Shown: piece after piece, positions 37,905 to 50,530 of the stretch
How positions within the stretch are numbered: position 1 is the first letter of the stretch
Layout of the letters: the number at the start of each line of letters is the position of its first letter
Assembly: GCA_002269645.1 (NCBI GenBank)
Contig: NIVC01000317.1
Coordinates: 310,001 to 374,000, forward strand
Length of the DNA stretch: 64,000 bases
Direction: 5' to 3'
Source: Macrostomum lignano
Lineage: Eukaryota
The notes under the pieces: model-generated
Databases searched by the model: none
What the model was told of the DNA's origin: nothing
The model's input: the letters and a program-made list of their open reading frames with translations, nothing else
Position numbers and translations under genes: made by a program

Positions 37905-38840
37905 AGGGCATCGAATCTCAGCATAAGAATGGCCTGATTCGCTGCTTTCTGCATAGAGCTTTTCTGATATGTAGCTCCTGCAAACTGTTTCATGATGAGG
38001 TGGAACAGCTTACTGGCCATCTCATTGGGAATGGTTACCCGAGGAACTATGTGTCTCGCATTGTGAACTAGTTTTTAAATAACAAGCTGAATAATCAACA
38101 GAGCACTCAGGAGTATAATGCTAGAGTAACTAACAGCCCTACGATTGTGTTGCCGTTTTTTGGCCTATGCTCTATTGAGTTTAAGAAGAAAGTTGAAAAA
38201 CTGTTCAAAAAAAGCCTCAACGTTCAGCTTAGGATCACGTTCCGCACAAAGGTGTCCCAGTATGTCTGCAACTTGAAGTCCCGTGTCCCTCGGCCTCTCA
38301 ATGCAGGTGTCGTTTATAAATTTCATTGCTCTGGCGACCAGAGTATTTCGTACATCGGAAAAACTAAGCGACACTTGTACACTAGGGTCAAGGAGCACTG
38401 GACCAAAAGATTTGCTGTACAGGAGCACCTTCTCACATGCAACTCATGCTGTAACAACAAACCGATCGATTTATTTAAGATTATCGATTCTTGCCGCCAT
38501 GAGCACACTTTGAATATCTTAGAGGCTATGTACATCAAAGATCAGAACCCGAGCCTAAACTGCCAGCTAGCTATGGGGGGTGCCAGACGCCAACTCAGCG
38601 TGTTTTAGCTTGGAGTGTACGCTACTGCACCGTGTGTTAACTTGTTTCGATTGAAAACTACGTACAATAATTTATATTGTGTATTCAACTGTTTATTAGA
38701 ATTTTCAATTTCACTACTGCCCTGACGATGACCTACAAGGGTCGAAATGCATTGGCAATTGAAATAAAGTAAAAAAACGAGTTAATGTTCGTTCTCTCAT
38801 TCATTTTATTCCTATTTATTAAGCGAGCTACTCTACTATC
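37905..38840 (+). mobile_element. Penelope-like element 3' fragment (RT C-terminus + GIY-YIG + pLTR) inserted in Gypsy pol
   Basis: KNGLIRCFLHRAFLICSS, NGYP; GVVYKFHC..YIGKTKRHLYTRVKEH..ILEAMYIKDQNPSLN. Confidence 0.9.
38718..38757 (+). ncRNA. Minimal type I hammerhead ribozyme (Penelope-type)
   Basis: tgcc-CTGACGA-t-gacc(tacaag)ggtc-GAAA-tgca-TT-ggca: stems I and II pair perfectly; palindromic stem III. Confidence 0.8.
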
Positions 38841-38999
38841 GTTGTGTACGTCCCATTTTTGGTCAGGCGGACTCTGACGTTAGTCTGAGAACGGACTGGA
38901 AAGACCACTGAAAGAATTCAGTCAGCAAGCAAGCAACAAGCAAAAATACATGTACACGGTGCCACAAATAAATGTCTTTTCTTTTAGGAAGCTAGAGTA

Positions 39000-41900
39000 C
39001 CAGCATCAGCATTAGTTGGGACGGCTAAACCACTCTTAGCTAGCAAGCTTAACTATCTGAAGGAACAGCCAGAAGAAGAGCAGAATAAGAGCACGCAGTC
39101 TTGCGGAAGCAGAGAAAAGATCAGTCAAGTGCAGGAGAAGTCAGAAGACTGGATTAGTGAGATTAACATAGGAACTGAACTGACTCAGGAACAGAGACAA
39201 AAGGTGATCGATGTCTTCAAGGAACATTCAGCAGCTTTCTCGCAGCACGAATTAGACTTAGGCAGAACGCATTTAGTCACTCATGAGATTATCTTGAAGG
39301 ACAACAACCCAGTTCAGATACCAGCTAGGAAAATTCCACCTCATTGGATCAAGGAGGTAGATGAACAGTTAGATCTCATGTTGGCTAGAGGCATAATTAG
39401 GCCTAGTTACTCGCAGTACTCGACTCCATTAGTCATAGTACCTAAGAAGGATGGTTCGCTGAGATTAGTTAACGACTATCGAGCACTAAACAATAAATCG
39501 GAGTACTTTCCGTATCCAATAACTAATATCAATGAAACATTTTCATGTCTCCATGGAGCCAGTCAATTTTCTACGTTAGATCTATTTTCGGGATATTATC
39601 AGATAGCACTTGGGGAAGAAAATAAGTTCAAGACTAGCTTTCCAACTTTACATCGAGGCTCGTTTGAGTACGAAGTATTGCCAATGGGATTGCAAGGAGC
39701 TCCAGGAACTTTCCAAAGGTGCATGAACTTAGTTCTTAAGGACATTGCACAAAAGTTCGCCATAGCTTACTTAGATGACGTAATAGTTTATAGTAGACTT
39801 TGAATCGCATTTAGAACACCTGAAAGAAGTTCTCAAGAGACTAATCCAAGCTAACATGAAACTAAAGGCTAAGAAATGTCACCTTTTCAAATCAGAATTA
39901 CAATATCTAGGACACGTCATAGGCAAAGCAGGAATTAAGAGGGATGCGTCAAAATTAGAATCAATTAGGAACTGGCCGAAACCTAAATCTGTGACAGAGC
40001 TTCGAAGTTTTCTCGGCCTGTAATAACTATCGAAAATTCGTTAGAGATTTTGCCGAGGTAGCAGCACCACTCTGTGAGTTAACTAAGAAGAACATCAAAT
40101 GTATCCAGGACAAATGGACCAGGATTCAGGATGAATGCTTCGAGTTGTTGAAGGAACGGATGTGTTCCGAAGAAGTGCTTGCTTACCCAGAGTTTAATAC
40201 AGACCCCCAAGTTTATTTTGTGTTAGACACTGATGCATCAGATGTCAGAATTGGGGCGGTCTTGAATCAAGTTCAGAGCGACGGCATTGAAAGGCCGATC
40301 GCTTATTATAGTCGGAAGATGAGGCAGTTAGAAACTAGATATCCGATTACGAGGAAGGAGCTTCTAGCGATTGTTGACTCGCTGAAGTACTTTAGATTTT
40401 ACCTCGTAGGAAAACGTTTTAAGGTGCGCACTGATCACAATGCCCTAACCTGGTTGCTTCGCCAAACCGAACAGACAGGCATTTTAGGTCGTTGGATTGA
40501 AAGACTTTCCGAATTTGATTTTGAGATAGAACATAGAAGTGACCCTAAACATGTGAATGCTGACGCTCTATCCAGGATCCCTGATCCTCAACCGGAAGAG
40601 ATGTCCCCACATGCCAGGTCGCTAAGCTTTAGGGCAACTGTGAATACAGACCCAGCATCAGCTTTTACTGTCAGCTCAGGCAATTCCGCGTTCGCTGAAA
40701 CCTGTAGCTCGAGCAGTGGAGTTCCATCATGCTGTTCGTCACAAGGCACTGTCACGAACCGACACAATACTCCGATCTTTAGTAGCAGTATGCTAGACAA
40801 TAGACAGGGACAGGAGCCTAAAACCGGAAATCCGCCTGCATGCAATGCCCTGCTCAGTGACTATCTCCGTAGCCCAGTTCGCCGTGACCAATTGATCGCG
40901 GCACAGCTAGCCGATCCGGCGGTAGGCTTTGTTAGAAATTTAATTGAGAATGACTCGCCTAAACCGACATTTCAAGAACGACTAGAGTAAACCCACGACT
41001 GTAGGAACCTCTTAGGTTACTACGAGTTGCTCAGAATTGAGGACGGCGTACTCAAAGTAGACTTATCTATGGGGCAGACTGATCCAAAGGTAGTGTTGCC
41101 CAAGTCTCTGGATAGTGAAGTCTTTCACCAATTCCATGATTCACCGTTAGCGGGACACCTAGGTCGAGATTAAACTTTTCAGAGGATTAAAATTCGATTT
41201 TGGAGGCCAGGACTAGCAACAGCAGTTGAACGCTACGTAGCCAAATGTAAATCATGCCTAGAAAGCAAAACTAGAAGAAGAATTAGGGCACCAATTCAGA
41301 ACTATCCTGTAGTCGAACCGTTCGGTAGATTGCACATAGATCTAATAGAACCTATTGGCCAAACTAGCAAATCAGGAAACAAATATGTACTTTCAGTCAT
41401 AGACAGCACTAGCAAGTTTCCATTCGCATTCGCAATTAGGAATCAGAAGGCTAAAACAGTTATCAAAATTTTACAAGAACGAGTTTTCGCTGATTTGGGA
41501 TTCCACAATGGATTCACACAGACCAGGGAACACAGTTCACTGGTAGGGCCTTTAAGAAATTTTTAGACCTCTATGGCATTAGACACACTCAAACAACTAG
41601 TTTGAAGCAATGGCTTAGTAGAAAACCTTAATAAGCAGATTAAATCAATTCTCACCTGTTTACTGGAAAAGGAGCATTCCAACTGGGACGTTCTGTTGCC
41701 AGGTTGCATAACAGCTCTGAGAACCAGCACGCACACTGCCACAGGATTTAGTCCGCACTATTTAGTCTTTGGACGAGAGGCCAGAATGCCCTGTGACAAT
41801 GAGCTGAACGAGCCAAAGCAGTTCCAGGACCTGCCATCTTATGTCCAGGAACATCAGCAGAATCTGCAGGAAGGCCAAGAAATAGCGAGAGAGATTAAAG

Positions 41901-42126
41901 TTAGTGCAACAAAACCGTGAGCAGGAGTACTCTAATAAGCTTAAGCCGAAAATATTGCCTGTAGGAAGCTTAGTATTTATCAACAATCCAGTGATTGCTA
42001 ACACAGAGGCTAACAAATTTCACAGAAAACAAAGAGCAGTTTACGAAATTTTAGAACAATTATCAGAAGTAGTCTGAGATTAGACCAGTTACACAAAATA
42101 AGAAGGCTAGAAAGGAAGAACTTATT
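39000..42126 (+). pseudogene. pol: Gypsy pol: RT, RNase H, integrase (disrupted)
   Basis: STPLVIVPKKDGSLRLVNDYRALN, LPMGL, AYLDDVIVYS, LDTDASD, RTDHNAL, GHLG, LHIDL, GLVENLN. Confidence 0.93.
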
Positions 42127-42593
42127 ATGCATAGGGATAATTTAATGAAAGTACCGCAAGCAGATTATCAGGAAGAAGAAGCTAGTACTAAGCCAAAAGA
42201 GCAAAAGAAGCAGTACAATAGGGAACAGTTAGCCAATAGTCAGCCGAATGTGTACAATGACTCAGAAAGTGAAGACGAGTACGAAGACGCAGTGCAGTTC
42301 ATGCCAGTGCAACATCAAATTAACGTGCAGAATCAAAATAATGTGCAGTTAGTGCCATATCAACAAGTGCAACATCAAAATAACAATCAAAATAACTCAA
42401 CAGGTGTACAAGGAGTTATGCCGGTACAATTAAATAACAATAATAATTTAGGGATTAATTTAGAAGCTAGGCCAGCCAGAGAGCGTCATGCTCCAGATAG
42501 ATTAACAGTCAGGCCAAATCAGAAAAGTTATGCGCAGAGGATAACGGAGTTGGTTAACCCATTCAACCTCTTGCAGCCCAAATCTCAATAACT

Positions 42594-43314
42594 ATGGCCG
42601 ACGAACCATTGCGCACATACCCGAGGAAAAGAATCTATGGCCAGCGCAGAAGTAGTCAAGAGGAAAACGAACCCCCGCGAATTAGGGCATTGCAGTTGGC
42701 AGAATGTGGAGAAGAGTATAAAAAGCTGAGATTGGACCGGCAGGAGGAAGAAGTCCACAGAGTTAAAAATTGACATCGACCTCGAGGCACTAGGAACAGC
42801 GACACGAGAAGAGGAGCTGAGAAAAGAGATGGAGCAATTCATGCAGGACCTGGTCCAACATTTAGAACGCAAAGTAGAGGAAGAAGAGGAGACGAAGCCG
42901 CAGGAGGAAGAGCGCGAAGAAGAACCGACTGGCTCAGACGCGCCAGTGGCAGCTGTAGCAGAACCGCCGATGCCGCAGATTCAGCTGCTGCCAAGCCCCT
43001 TCGGCCCGATACAATAGCCAAGGGCGGCGCCACGAGAACTCGAACCCCCGAGGCGAGACGAGGAGGCCTTCAAGCAGCTGTTCAAGGCCAGCGTTAAAGC
43101 CTTGAAGAAGGCCATCCTGTCCAGTGGCAGGACTGGGCAGTGGGACCACCAATTACCGGCAGCCTGCCAGGAGTTCTTGGAGTTGGCTTCCGAGGAAGAG
43201 GAGACGATGAATTATGAAGTGGCCACTACCTATGTTCTGCAGGAGGCCGAGCGGCGCGCCGGAGGGCCCTGGCGAGAGAGGGCCATGTTCGAGATGCTCG
43301 ACGACATCCGCTAA
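42594..43314 (+). pseudogene. Extra acidic ORF between pol and the 3' LTR (about 240 codons; one frameshift, one stop)
   Basis: ATG 42594; A-run frameshift near 42770; in-frame readthrough of TAG 43015-43017 to TAA 43314. Confidence 0.5.
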
Positions 43315-43779
43315 AGGTTCAGGGCCACGAACATACCAATTAATGGGCTTATGTACTTGTTGGTACCTTCCAGAAGCAGGCGGCTAGAAGATAAATATGA
43401 AAACTAAAAACAAATAGTCACACTAAATTAGCATAAACAATTACATCTGGTAATTGTACTGGTGCCTATCATTAGTAATTTTTTTTATTTTGTTGTAGTG
43501 TCGCAAATTAATACGTATCCAGCTCAAAATGCCATCATTTTCTTTTTTATGCGCCAAACTACTAAATAATCAAATATACGGTTAATACGAGGATAAGTGT
43601 GCAATGGGGATTGCAACTTTTAGAGTCGGGGGGAGGTGTAGTAGGGCATTATTTTAAGAATGGGAATTAGTAGTGAAGCAGATATGCTTTTTGCCTACTG
43701 TCAGTAGTTTAGGTTTGGGAAAGTAATTAGAGCAGGGGAAAATCGCTAGTTTTCGGGATTCTCACTGGGAAAGCAGATC

Positions 43780-46368
43780 ACTAGCACCGCCAGGTGGATT
43801 GACTCTGTAAATCCTGCAGCCCAACCAGAAGCTTGGTCCCTGTAAATGAATAAAATTCGAATATTACAACTATATTGTAACACTATCATAAACAAAATCA
43901 GAGATTAGAGACTACCTTCATAAAGCGCAGATAGACATAGCCCTGCTCTCTGAAACCACGTTGACCAGTGACTCGAGGTTTTATATGCCAGGTTTTTCCG
44001 TGGTCCGACTTGACATGCCTGACTGCAGAAGGGGGTTGGTTGCTGCTTATAAACCCCACATCAAAGTAGTTAATGCGACCACAGAATTTGATGGGATGAA
44101 TCATGAATCTATAACCCTAGAAAATTACTTCAGAGACAATCAAAGGGGGACATACTAAACACTGCGCTCATTGACAAACTTCTCGCACCTAAATATAGCC
44201 TCCTGCTGGGGGACCTCAATTGTAAACATCCCTTCCTTGGTGGAGACTTCCCGCGGAACTATCCAGGGGTCAAGCTCTTCCAGTGGTTACAGGATCACCC
44301 CAACCCACCACATCTTCTCAATAACTACGGAGATTGGACCCGAATTGAGCAAAGACAGGGCAGAAACATCAATAATGTCTTAGACTTAGGTTTCTGTTCC
44401 CCTGCCTTAAGTCACCTAATTGAGAACTTTGAGGTGATACCAGATCTAGACAGTGACCATCTCCCCTTAGAAGTTAGCATTGCTGCCAAACCCAAAACCA
44501 AGCAAGGCCCCCAAAAAAGTTTCGGAAAAACAAACTGGGAAACCTTTAGACAAAACCTCTCGGACAGAATTCTGAACAACAACCTCCAAAGAGCTAGTTT
44601 AAACACCCCAGCAGAAGTTGACAAAGTAGTTGATGACTTCGCTAAATCCATCACTGAAACCATCAGGGAGGTGGTACCCGATAGGGACACTAGAGATCCT
44701 CCCAGAAAATATCCTTAAATTAATTAGGCACAGAAGGGAGCTCCGCAAACTCTATAAACAAACCAAGCTGGATGCCATGAGGCTCCAAGCCAATCAAATA
44801 GCAAAACAAGTCAGGCAGGCCATAAAACAGCACCGATACTCCAAATTTGTAAATCTCTGCGTAAAAATCACCGATAAACATCCCACAAAAAATGCAAGAG
44901 ATTTCTGGAAAGATGTAAGGATCCTGACAGGACAAACTAAACAAACTCCAATCCCCGTTATCAACCATGAGGGGATTACCGCTAGGCTTGATTCCGAAAA
45001 AGCAACCCTCTTTGCAAAATTCCTGGACTCCAGAATGCAACCCACTCCATCCACTGATGCGGCCTTCCAAGAAGAAGTTTCCCAGGTAGTCCTGGACCCC
45101 ATCTTCTCGCCACATCCGGACTTAAATACAGCAACTCAATACCTCCTAGACCTCCTAGTTGCCGCAACGCTCCTTGCACGTATCTTCGACTCCTGCTACA
45201 AACTAGGCTATTTCCCGAAGCCCTGGAAGATCGCTAGGGTTAGGATGATTCCAAAACCCCACAAACCATCTCACATGCCATCCAGCTACCGACCAATCAG
45301 CCTCACCTCCTGTGTTGGCAAGCTTTTTGAGAAAATCATTGCCAAAAGACTCATCCCGTGGATGGAAGAGAAGGGGGTCCTGGGCAGCAACCAGTGTGCA
45401 TACCGCGCCTATCACGGGGCCCCGGACAACGTTTTCCGACTAGTTCAAGATGTCAAAGAAGAGAGACAGAAACTATAAACACTTGGGTCTATTCCTAGAT
45501 GTTGAGGCAGCCTTCGACTCAGTCAGGCATGACATGCTCAGACACAGGACCACAGAAATACAAATGCAACATACCCTAGTCAGAATTACATCCAGCTACA
45601 TGCATGACAGAAGGATCATAGTAAAGGTGGGCGAGAGCCTGGGTGAGGTCTTCGTCCCCCAGGCAGGGGTCCCCCAGGGCAGGGTCCTCAGCCCACTCCT
45701 CTTTAACCTCTATGTTAGCACGATGCCCAAACCCTCGGGTCCCTGCGTCCAGACTAGTCAATATGCGGATGATATGGCCATTTGGGCCAGGTCTATTAGC
45801 CCCAAGTATGCCGCAGGGCATCTCCAAAAATACATAGAAAACCTTCAACCCTGGCTGGGGAAGTACGGCATCAAAGTTAATGCCAAAAAAGAGTCAGGCA
45901 GTCAAATTCTACGACAATCGGTGCAAATCCGGACCTCGACACGACCCCCCAGCCCTTAAACTCAATGGGGAAGAGATTCCCTACACAGACTCCGTTACAT
46001 TCCTTGGGGTCACCTTGGACAGAAACCTCAGCCTTAACCAACACGTCCAAAAGATACACAATAAATGCGAGGTCAGAACCTTCCAGATCAGGAGGATTGC
46101 CCGACTAACCAAGGTCCCCAGCAGAACCCTCAGACTCTGCTACAATGCCCCCAAATTCACCAGAATCAACTATCTGCACAAAATAGCTAACATACCCATG
46201 GTTAAGCCCAGGGTAGAAAAGGTAGCCACCAAATGGTACCAAAAAGCTATAGCTAACGCCATCCACGGATTCGAAATCCCCGCTCCAAAGCAAGCCTGGA
46301 GAAACCATAAGCTCCCAGATCACCCATTAGGCACATTAGTCAAACTCACCGACCTGATGGAAATCTAA
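43780..46368 (+). mobile_element. Jockey-like LINE (ORF1 end + APE-RT ORF2) inside the 3' LTR
   Basis: IALLSET, LGDLNCKH, LDLGF, DSDHLP; WKIARVRMIPKP, YRPISLTSCVGKLFEK, FLDVEAAFDSV, GVPQGRVLSP, QYADD, FLGVTLD. Confidence 0.92.
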
Positions 46369-46699
46369 AACCAGTAAATCCACTAGTAAAATCCTTAGCA
46401 GTAGAAACCAGTAGCCCTAACCGCGAGGTACCACCCGTGTCCATATACTACTTGTATGCTTCGCTCAAGCTGCAAAATCGTAGAAATTATTACTGTTATT
46501 TAATGTCCTTAAATTTACAACGCTCTCCCGCTTCGGAGAACCAGCAGCGAACCCGTCCTCAAACCCGTTCCGATTGGAATCCACCCATTCCCACCGTTTA
46601 TGCCCTTCTGATATCCTTTCTCGAGTACTTTGCTCGCCTCACCTCAAACAACGTCAAGTTCATTTTGCTCTTTCCCCACAATCTTACTTTGTTCTATAA

Positions 46700-46800
46700 A
46701 TATCTATAAGAAATGTTAGAGAAATGTTAATGTTAATGTTAAATGTTAATGTTATGTTAAGAAATGTTAATGTTAGAAATAAGAAATGATTTGTTCTATA
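46700..46800. repeat. (aatgtt)n-like simple repeat
   Basis: Repeated aatgtt units. Confidence 0.7.
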
Positions 46801-48156
46801 AGAAAGTGAGGGAGAATGATTCTGTCACACCGGTGCGCCACTCTCGGTACTCTCAATCTTGTCTTACCCCAGGGAATTCATTTTTTTCAATGGCTGCTCC
46901 CCCTCCTTGGGCTTTCCCATGAGAAACCCCCTTTGTTCTCTAATGGGAATAATTTCCGCCCCAAGCTCTTATTCGTACTACAAGCCGCTTGCCTTCCTAC
47001 AAGCTTGCCTACAAGTACAACCTAGCACCCTCGTCTACCCGTACATCAGCCTTTTAGCTTTCGCAGTCGTTCAAAATTTCTCAAAACAAAATAAAAATTA
47101 CGCTGTGATTGCTACCCACCCTCCCCCCCTATTCCCTATTATTTGTTTCTCAATTTCAAGCAGCCACATTATCTCTTTATGACTAGCAGCGATAAGCCCA
47201 CGACAATTTGTCCTATACACAGGACCTCTACACCTGCCTTCAGGTAATTATAATTCTATTTTAGTCGGCCGAATCTATTTGTCAATTTCAAACTTAAATC
47301 CAAGACTGGTGCTTGGTTCATGCTCATCGTGTTCCAAGTTAAAGTTTTGGCACGCCACTCATACGCCTCTGCCTTGCTTCTACAGACTTCTGCAGTCTCT
47401 TTCGTTCCTTTTATCCCAAATTCAAATTGCGTACTCGACACGCATCGCCACATCCGCTGGCATCTTAATAACCACTACTCACCAGCTGAGTTTCTAACGC
47501 TAATCTGTTTAATTTCAATTAAAGGCATCAACGCGCAAATCGCCGCCTCCGCTGAATCTTATACCAAAATCTACTCAAATTATAATAAAACTCAATCCAA
47601 GGATGAGGCTTAGCTTTTCTTGCTGCTTCTATGACAAATATTTTAACTGCTGCACCGCTGAGCTATATTATAATTAGTACAGGCGCATCTGCCGACTACC
47701 CAGTTCTACTTTATGCAACTGTTCAACACTTCAAAATTGCTCTAAACAAACTCACACTTCTATAATTGACACTACAGCTGCCGAAGCTTTGCATATCCAA
47801 AATTTACTTTTATAAAACAAAAATCTGACCCTGGATGGATGACCGCAAATCACGCTCAGATGCTATTGCTTCACGTTATTTCAAATCTTTATTGTTGCAA
47901 AATAGCAAATTATTTTCAACTCTTAATTGCAAGACCGCTCGAAGTAAACCCATAACACAGATCCTTGCATCAGATTGCGTTCTGGCCCCTACCAAGAAAA
48001 CACTATCATTGGTACCAGGGACGAAGAACAGCCTCCTGAATTGTACGAACAACAACAACAGTAACATTCTCGACAGCTACTTCTGCAACCTAATTTGCAA
48101 TCTGATCCTTTGAATCAGAATAACGCAAATATTCAGGAACCTGACGATAACGCTGC

Positions 48157-48590
48157 AATGGCAGAAGCACTGACACAACAATTTATTAATGCTGTCCGAG
48201 CCCAGAAACCACACACTGCAATCTCAGCTAGTACCATTAACGAGATCCGCGAAGGTCTCAAAGAGATTGATTAACTCCACGATTTCGCTTCTTTTATCAT
48301 GGAATATGACCTATAAGCGAGGACGTTCAACTTGGACGACAACGCGAAGCTCCGCATCTTTCCTCGGCTCCTCAATGATCGCCTAAAAATCGAATACGCC
48401 GCTTTTCCCGCCGAGACACAAAATGACTACAATCAACTAGTTCGCTCTTTGTCCGACAGAATAGCGGTACTCACTCTCGGATCTACTTCGGCGCTACATC
48501 ATATCGCCAACCGCCGGAAACTCCCGGGTGAACCTTCATCCAGTACTACACGGACATTCGCCGCAAACTTCGCTCTTTGCTGGCTCTTGG
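48157..48590 (+). pseudogene. gag: LTR retrotransposon gag fragment
   Basis: FIMEY..FNLDDNAKLRIFPRLLNDRLKIEY..DYNQLVRSL..RRKLPGE. Confidence 0.6.
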
Positions 48591-48717
48591 GCTAAGATAG
48601 CAAACTGATGGGTCACTGGTTGTAGAATGTGTAGGTAGAATGATGATATTTGTTAATTAACAATTTTAGTATGGATTCTGTGCTAGTCACACAGGTATTC
48701 AATTTCTTCGTTTTCAG

Positions 48718-50307
48718 TCACTTGAACGACTAAAAGAGCTCGACAAGAAGTCAGCTGCCATCGCACGGCGCTTCAGTCGACTCAAAGAATCAGTTGCACT
48801 CAGATTTGCGCAGAAAGTTGCGGCGACAGCCCGTCCGACACGAGCAGAAGCTTCAGTGAGCCACTTATCAACTTCAACTCGGACCACTCATGACGTACTA
48901 ACCACACTTCGCTAATAGACAGCTCTATAGTGGCGCAACCAAGCAACAGTGTAGCCAGTGTTGGCAGCAGCTGGCAGCCAGCATTGGCAACCGGGGGATG
49001 TAGCAGTGGCGTCCAGACTCCCATGGTCGTCGAGCCTACCGGCTCGCAGTATTCAGACAACGACGATGAGGACGTAACTTCTAGATCTATCGTTGAGGAA
49101 CCAGGCGAAGAAGCTCCAGATGACGACTATTGGAGTGGCGCTCCAATGGCATTGGACGCCATCGAGCAGTGCGACGATTGTGAGGACTTTACTGAAGATG
49201 ACCGCCCACCAGAGGATGAGAATGTACCATGTGTTGGCAATGGAGCCACCCATAACCCAGAAGCTATCGATATGCAGCCGCGTAGGAGAAATGGCCTCTT
49301 CGCGAATTCACGTACCCCTGTCTCATCAACGTGCTCCCCGAAGTTTCCATGAGCTCGGAATGTTTCGGGGCCACGAACTTGAGGCATGGTTAATCGTCTA
49401 CGGCCCTATGGTGATGGAAGGCATCCTGCTCGACCGCTACTACTGGCACCTTCAACTACTGTCCACGGCCATGTTCTGGCTTACATTGGATGGAGCGCCT
49501 CTAATGGAAGTGATGCAAGCCAGCCGGCTTCTGCACTACTTTTACAGTCAGCTGCCTCAGATGTACTCCAACATGGCACTTACGTAAAATGCACACCAAG
49601 TTTGTGAGCACTTTGTATCGTACGTAACTTTATACGGGCCAATGTGGAGGATGTCTGCAGGCTTGTTTGAGTCGTCGCATGCAAATCTTCGCACCAAAAT
49701 CCACGGCTCCAGGAATGTTGACGCCGAAGTTGCCGGCCTTCTACAGCGCCAATTGGCGCGAAGGCAAATGATGGCCGAATTGCAACTCCCTAACATCTTC
49801 AGCGAGGGACCACCAAATGGTGAGGTTCAACTGCCGGATGGTGTGCGACTGCGCAATCCTATTCGTCGCCAATTGGCGGGCGGTGACACACGGTATGGCA
49901 AAGCAGTACTGACCAGCGGGCTACGCATTGAAATATTCATGCCTCGCCTAATCCACCAGCGCGCCGCCTCGTGCTTTGTTACTGTCCTCATCCCTGACTC
50001 TCGTCAGCCGTTTGAATTCGCACGAATTGAGGAAATTCAACTCCGGGACAATTGTGCATGGGTTCGCCTACGCCGCCTTCTGACTGTGGAGCCGCACGAG
50101 GACAATCATCCGTTGTACCGCTTGAATGGCGAACCGGACCACGGCGGATGCTCAGTCGCACACGTTCGGCGCCTGCATGCCAATTCATTTTGCGCAGTTG
50201 ACAAATACTATTTCGAAATCCCTGCTAACTACGTACTCGCTACGTGTTGTGTGAACGACCGCTACGTAGCATTCGTCCCCCATATTCAGTTTTCTTACGC
50301 AGCGTGA
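48718..50307 (+). pseudogene. EnSpm/CMC (CACTA-like) transposase, internally deleted
   Basis: PRSFHELGMFRGHELEAWLIVY..LLDRYYWHLQLL..T*NAHQV..YGPMWRMSAGLFESSHANL matches the C-terminal half of animal EnSpm-type transposases; acidic N-terminal piece upstream. Confidence 0.75.
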
Positions 50308-50328
50308 GAATTGTATGTACTCATTGTA

Positions 50329-50530
50329 CGTAGGGTGTCCCAAAAAAGGGAAAAATCGTTGCACAGGCTTTCTGGTAGAACAATATAATTTCTTAAAACT
50401 CACATCACTATAATAAGTAAACATTCGAAAGTTCTAAAGCTTTTTAAATCGAGTAAAAATGTCACCTGTTCATTCAAAAGTTATGACTACTACAGTTAGA
50501 ACAAGGGGTGAGGGTTAGAGGACACCCTCG
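50329..50530. mobile_element. Tc1/mariner-type MITE
   Basis: Ends cg(t)agggtgtcc / ggacaccctcg with TA flanks; same terminus as 36826-37805. Confidence 0.6.

Larger units (their letters stand above)
33680..46443 (+). mobile_element. Full-length Gypsy LTR retrotransposon with nested insertions
   Basis: LTRs 33680-35068 and 43637-46443 (TG..CA; first 125 bp about 97% identical); TATA TSD 33676-33679 / 46444-46447; PBS tggtggcagc 35071; PPT gggggggagg before 43637. Confidence 0.92.

Noticed and set aside
42594-43314. env gene
   Set aside because: No signal peptide, furin site or transmembrane helix
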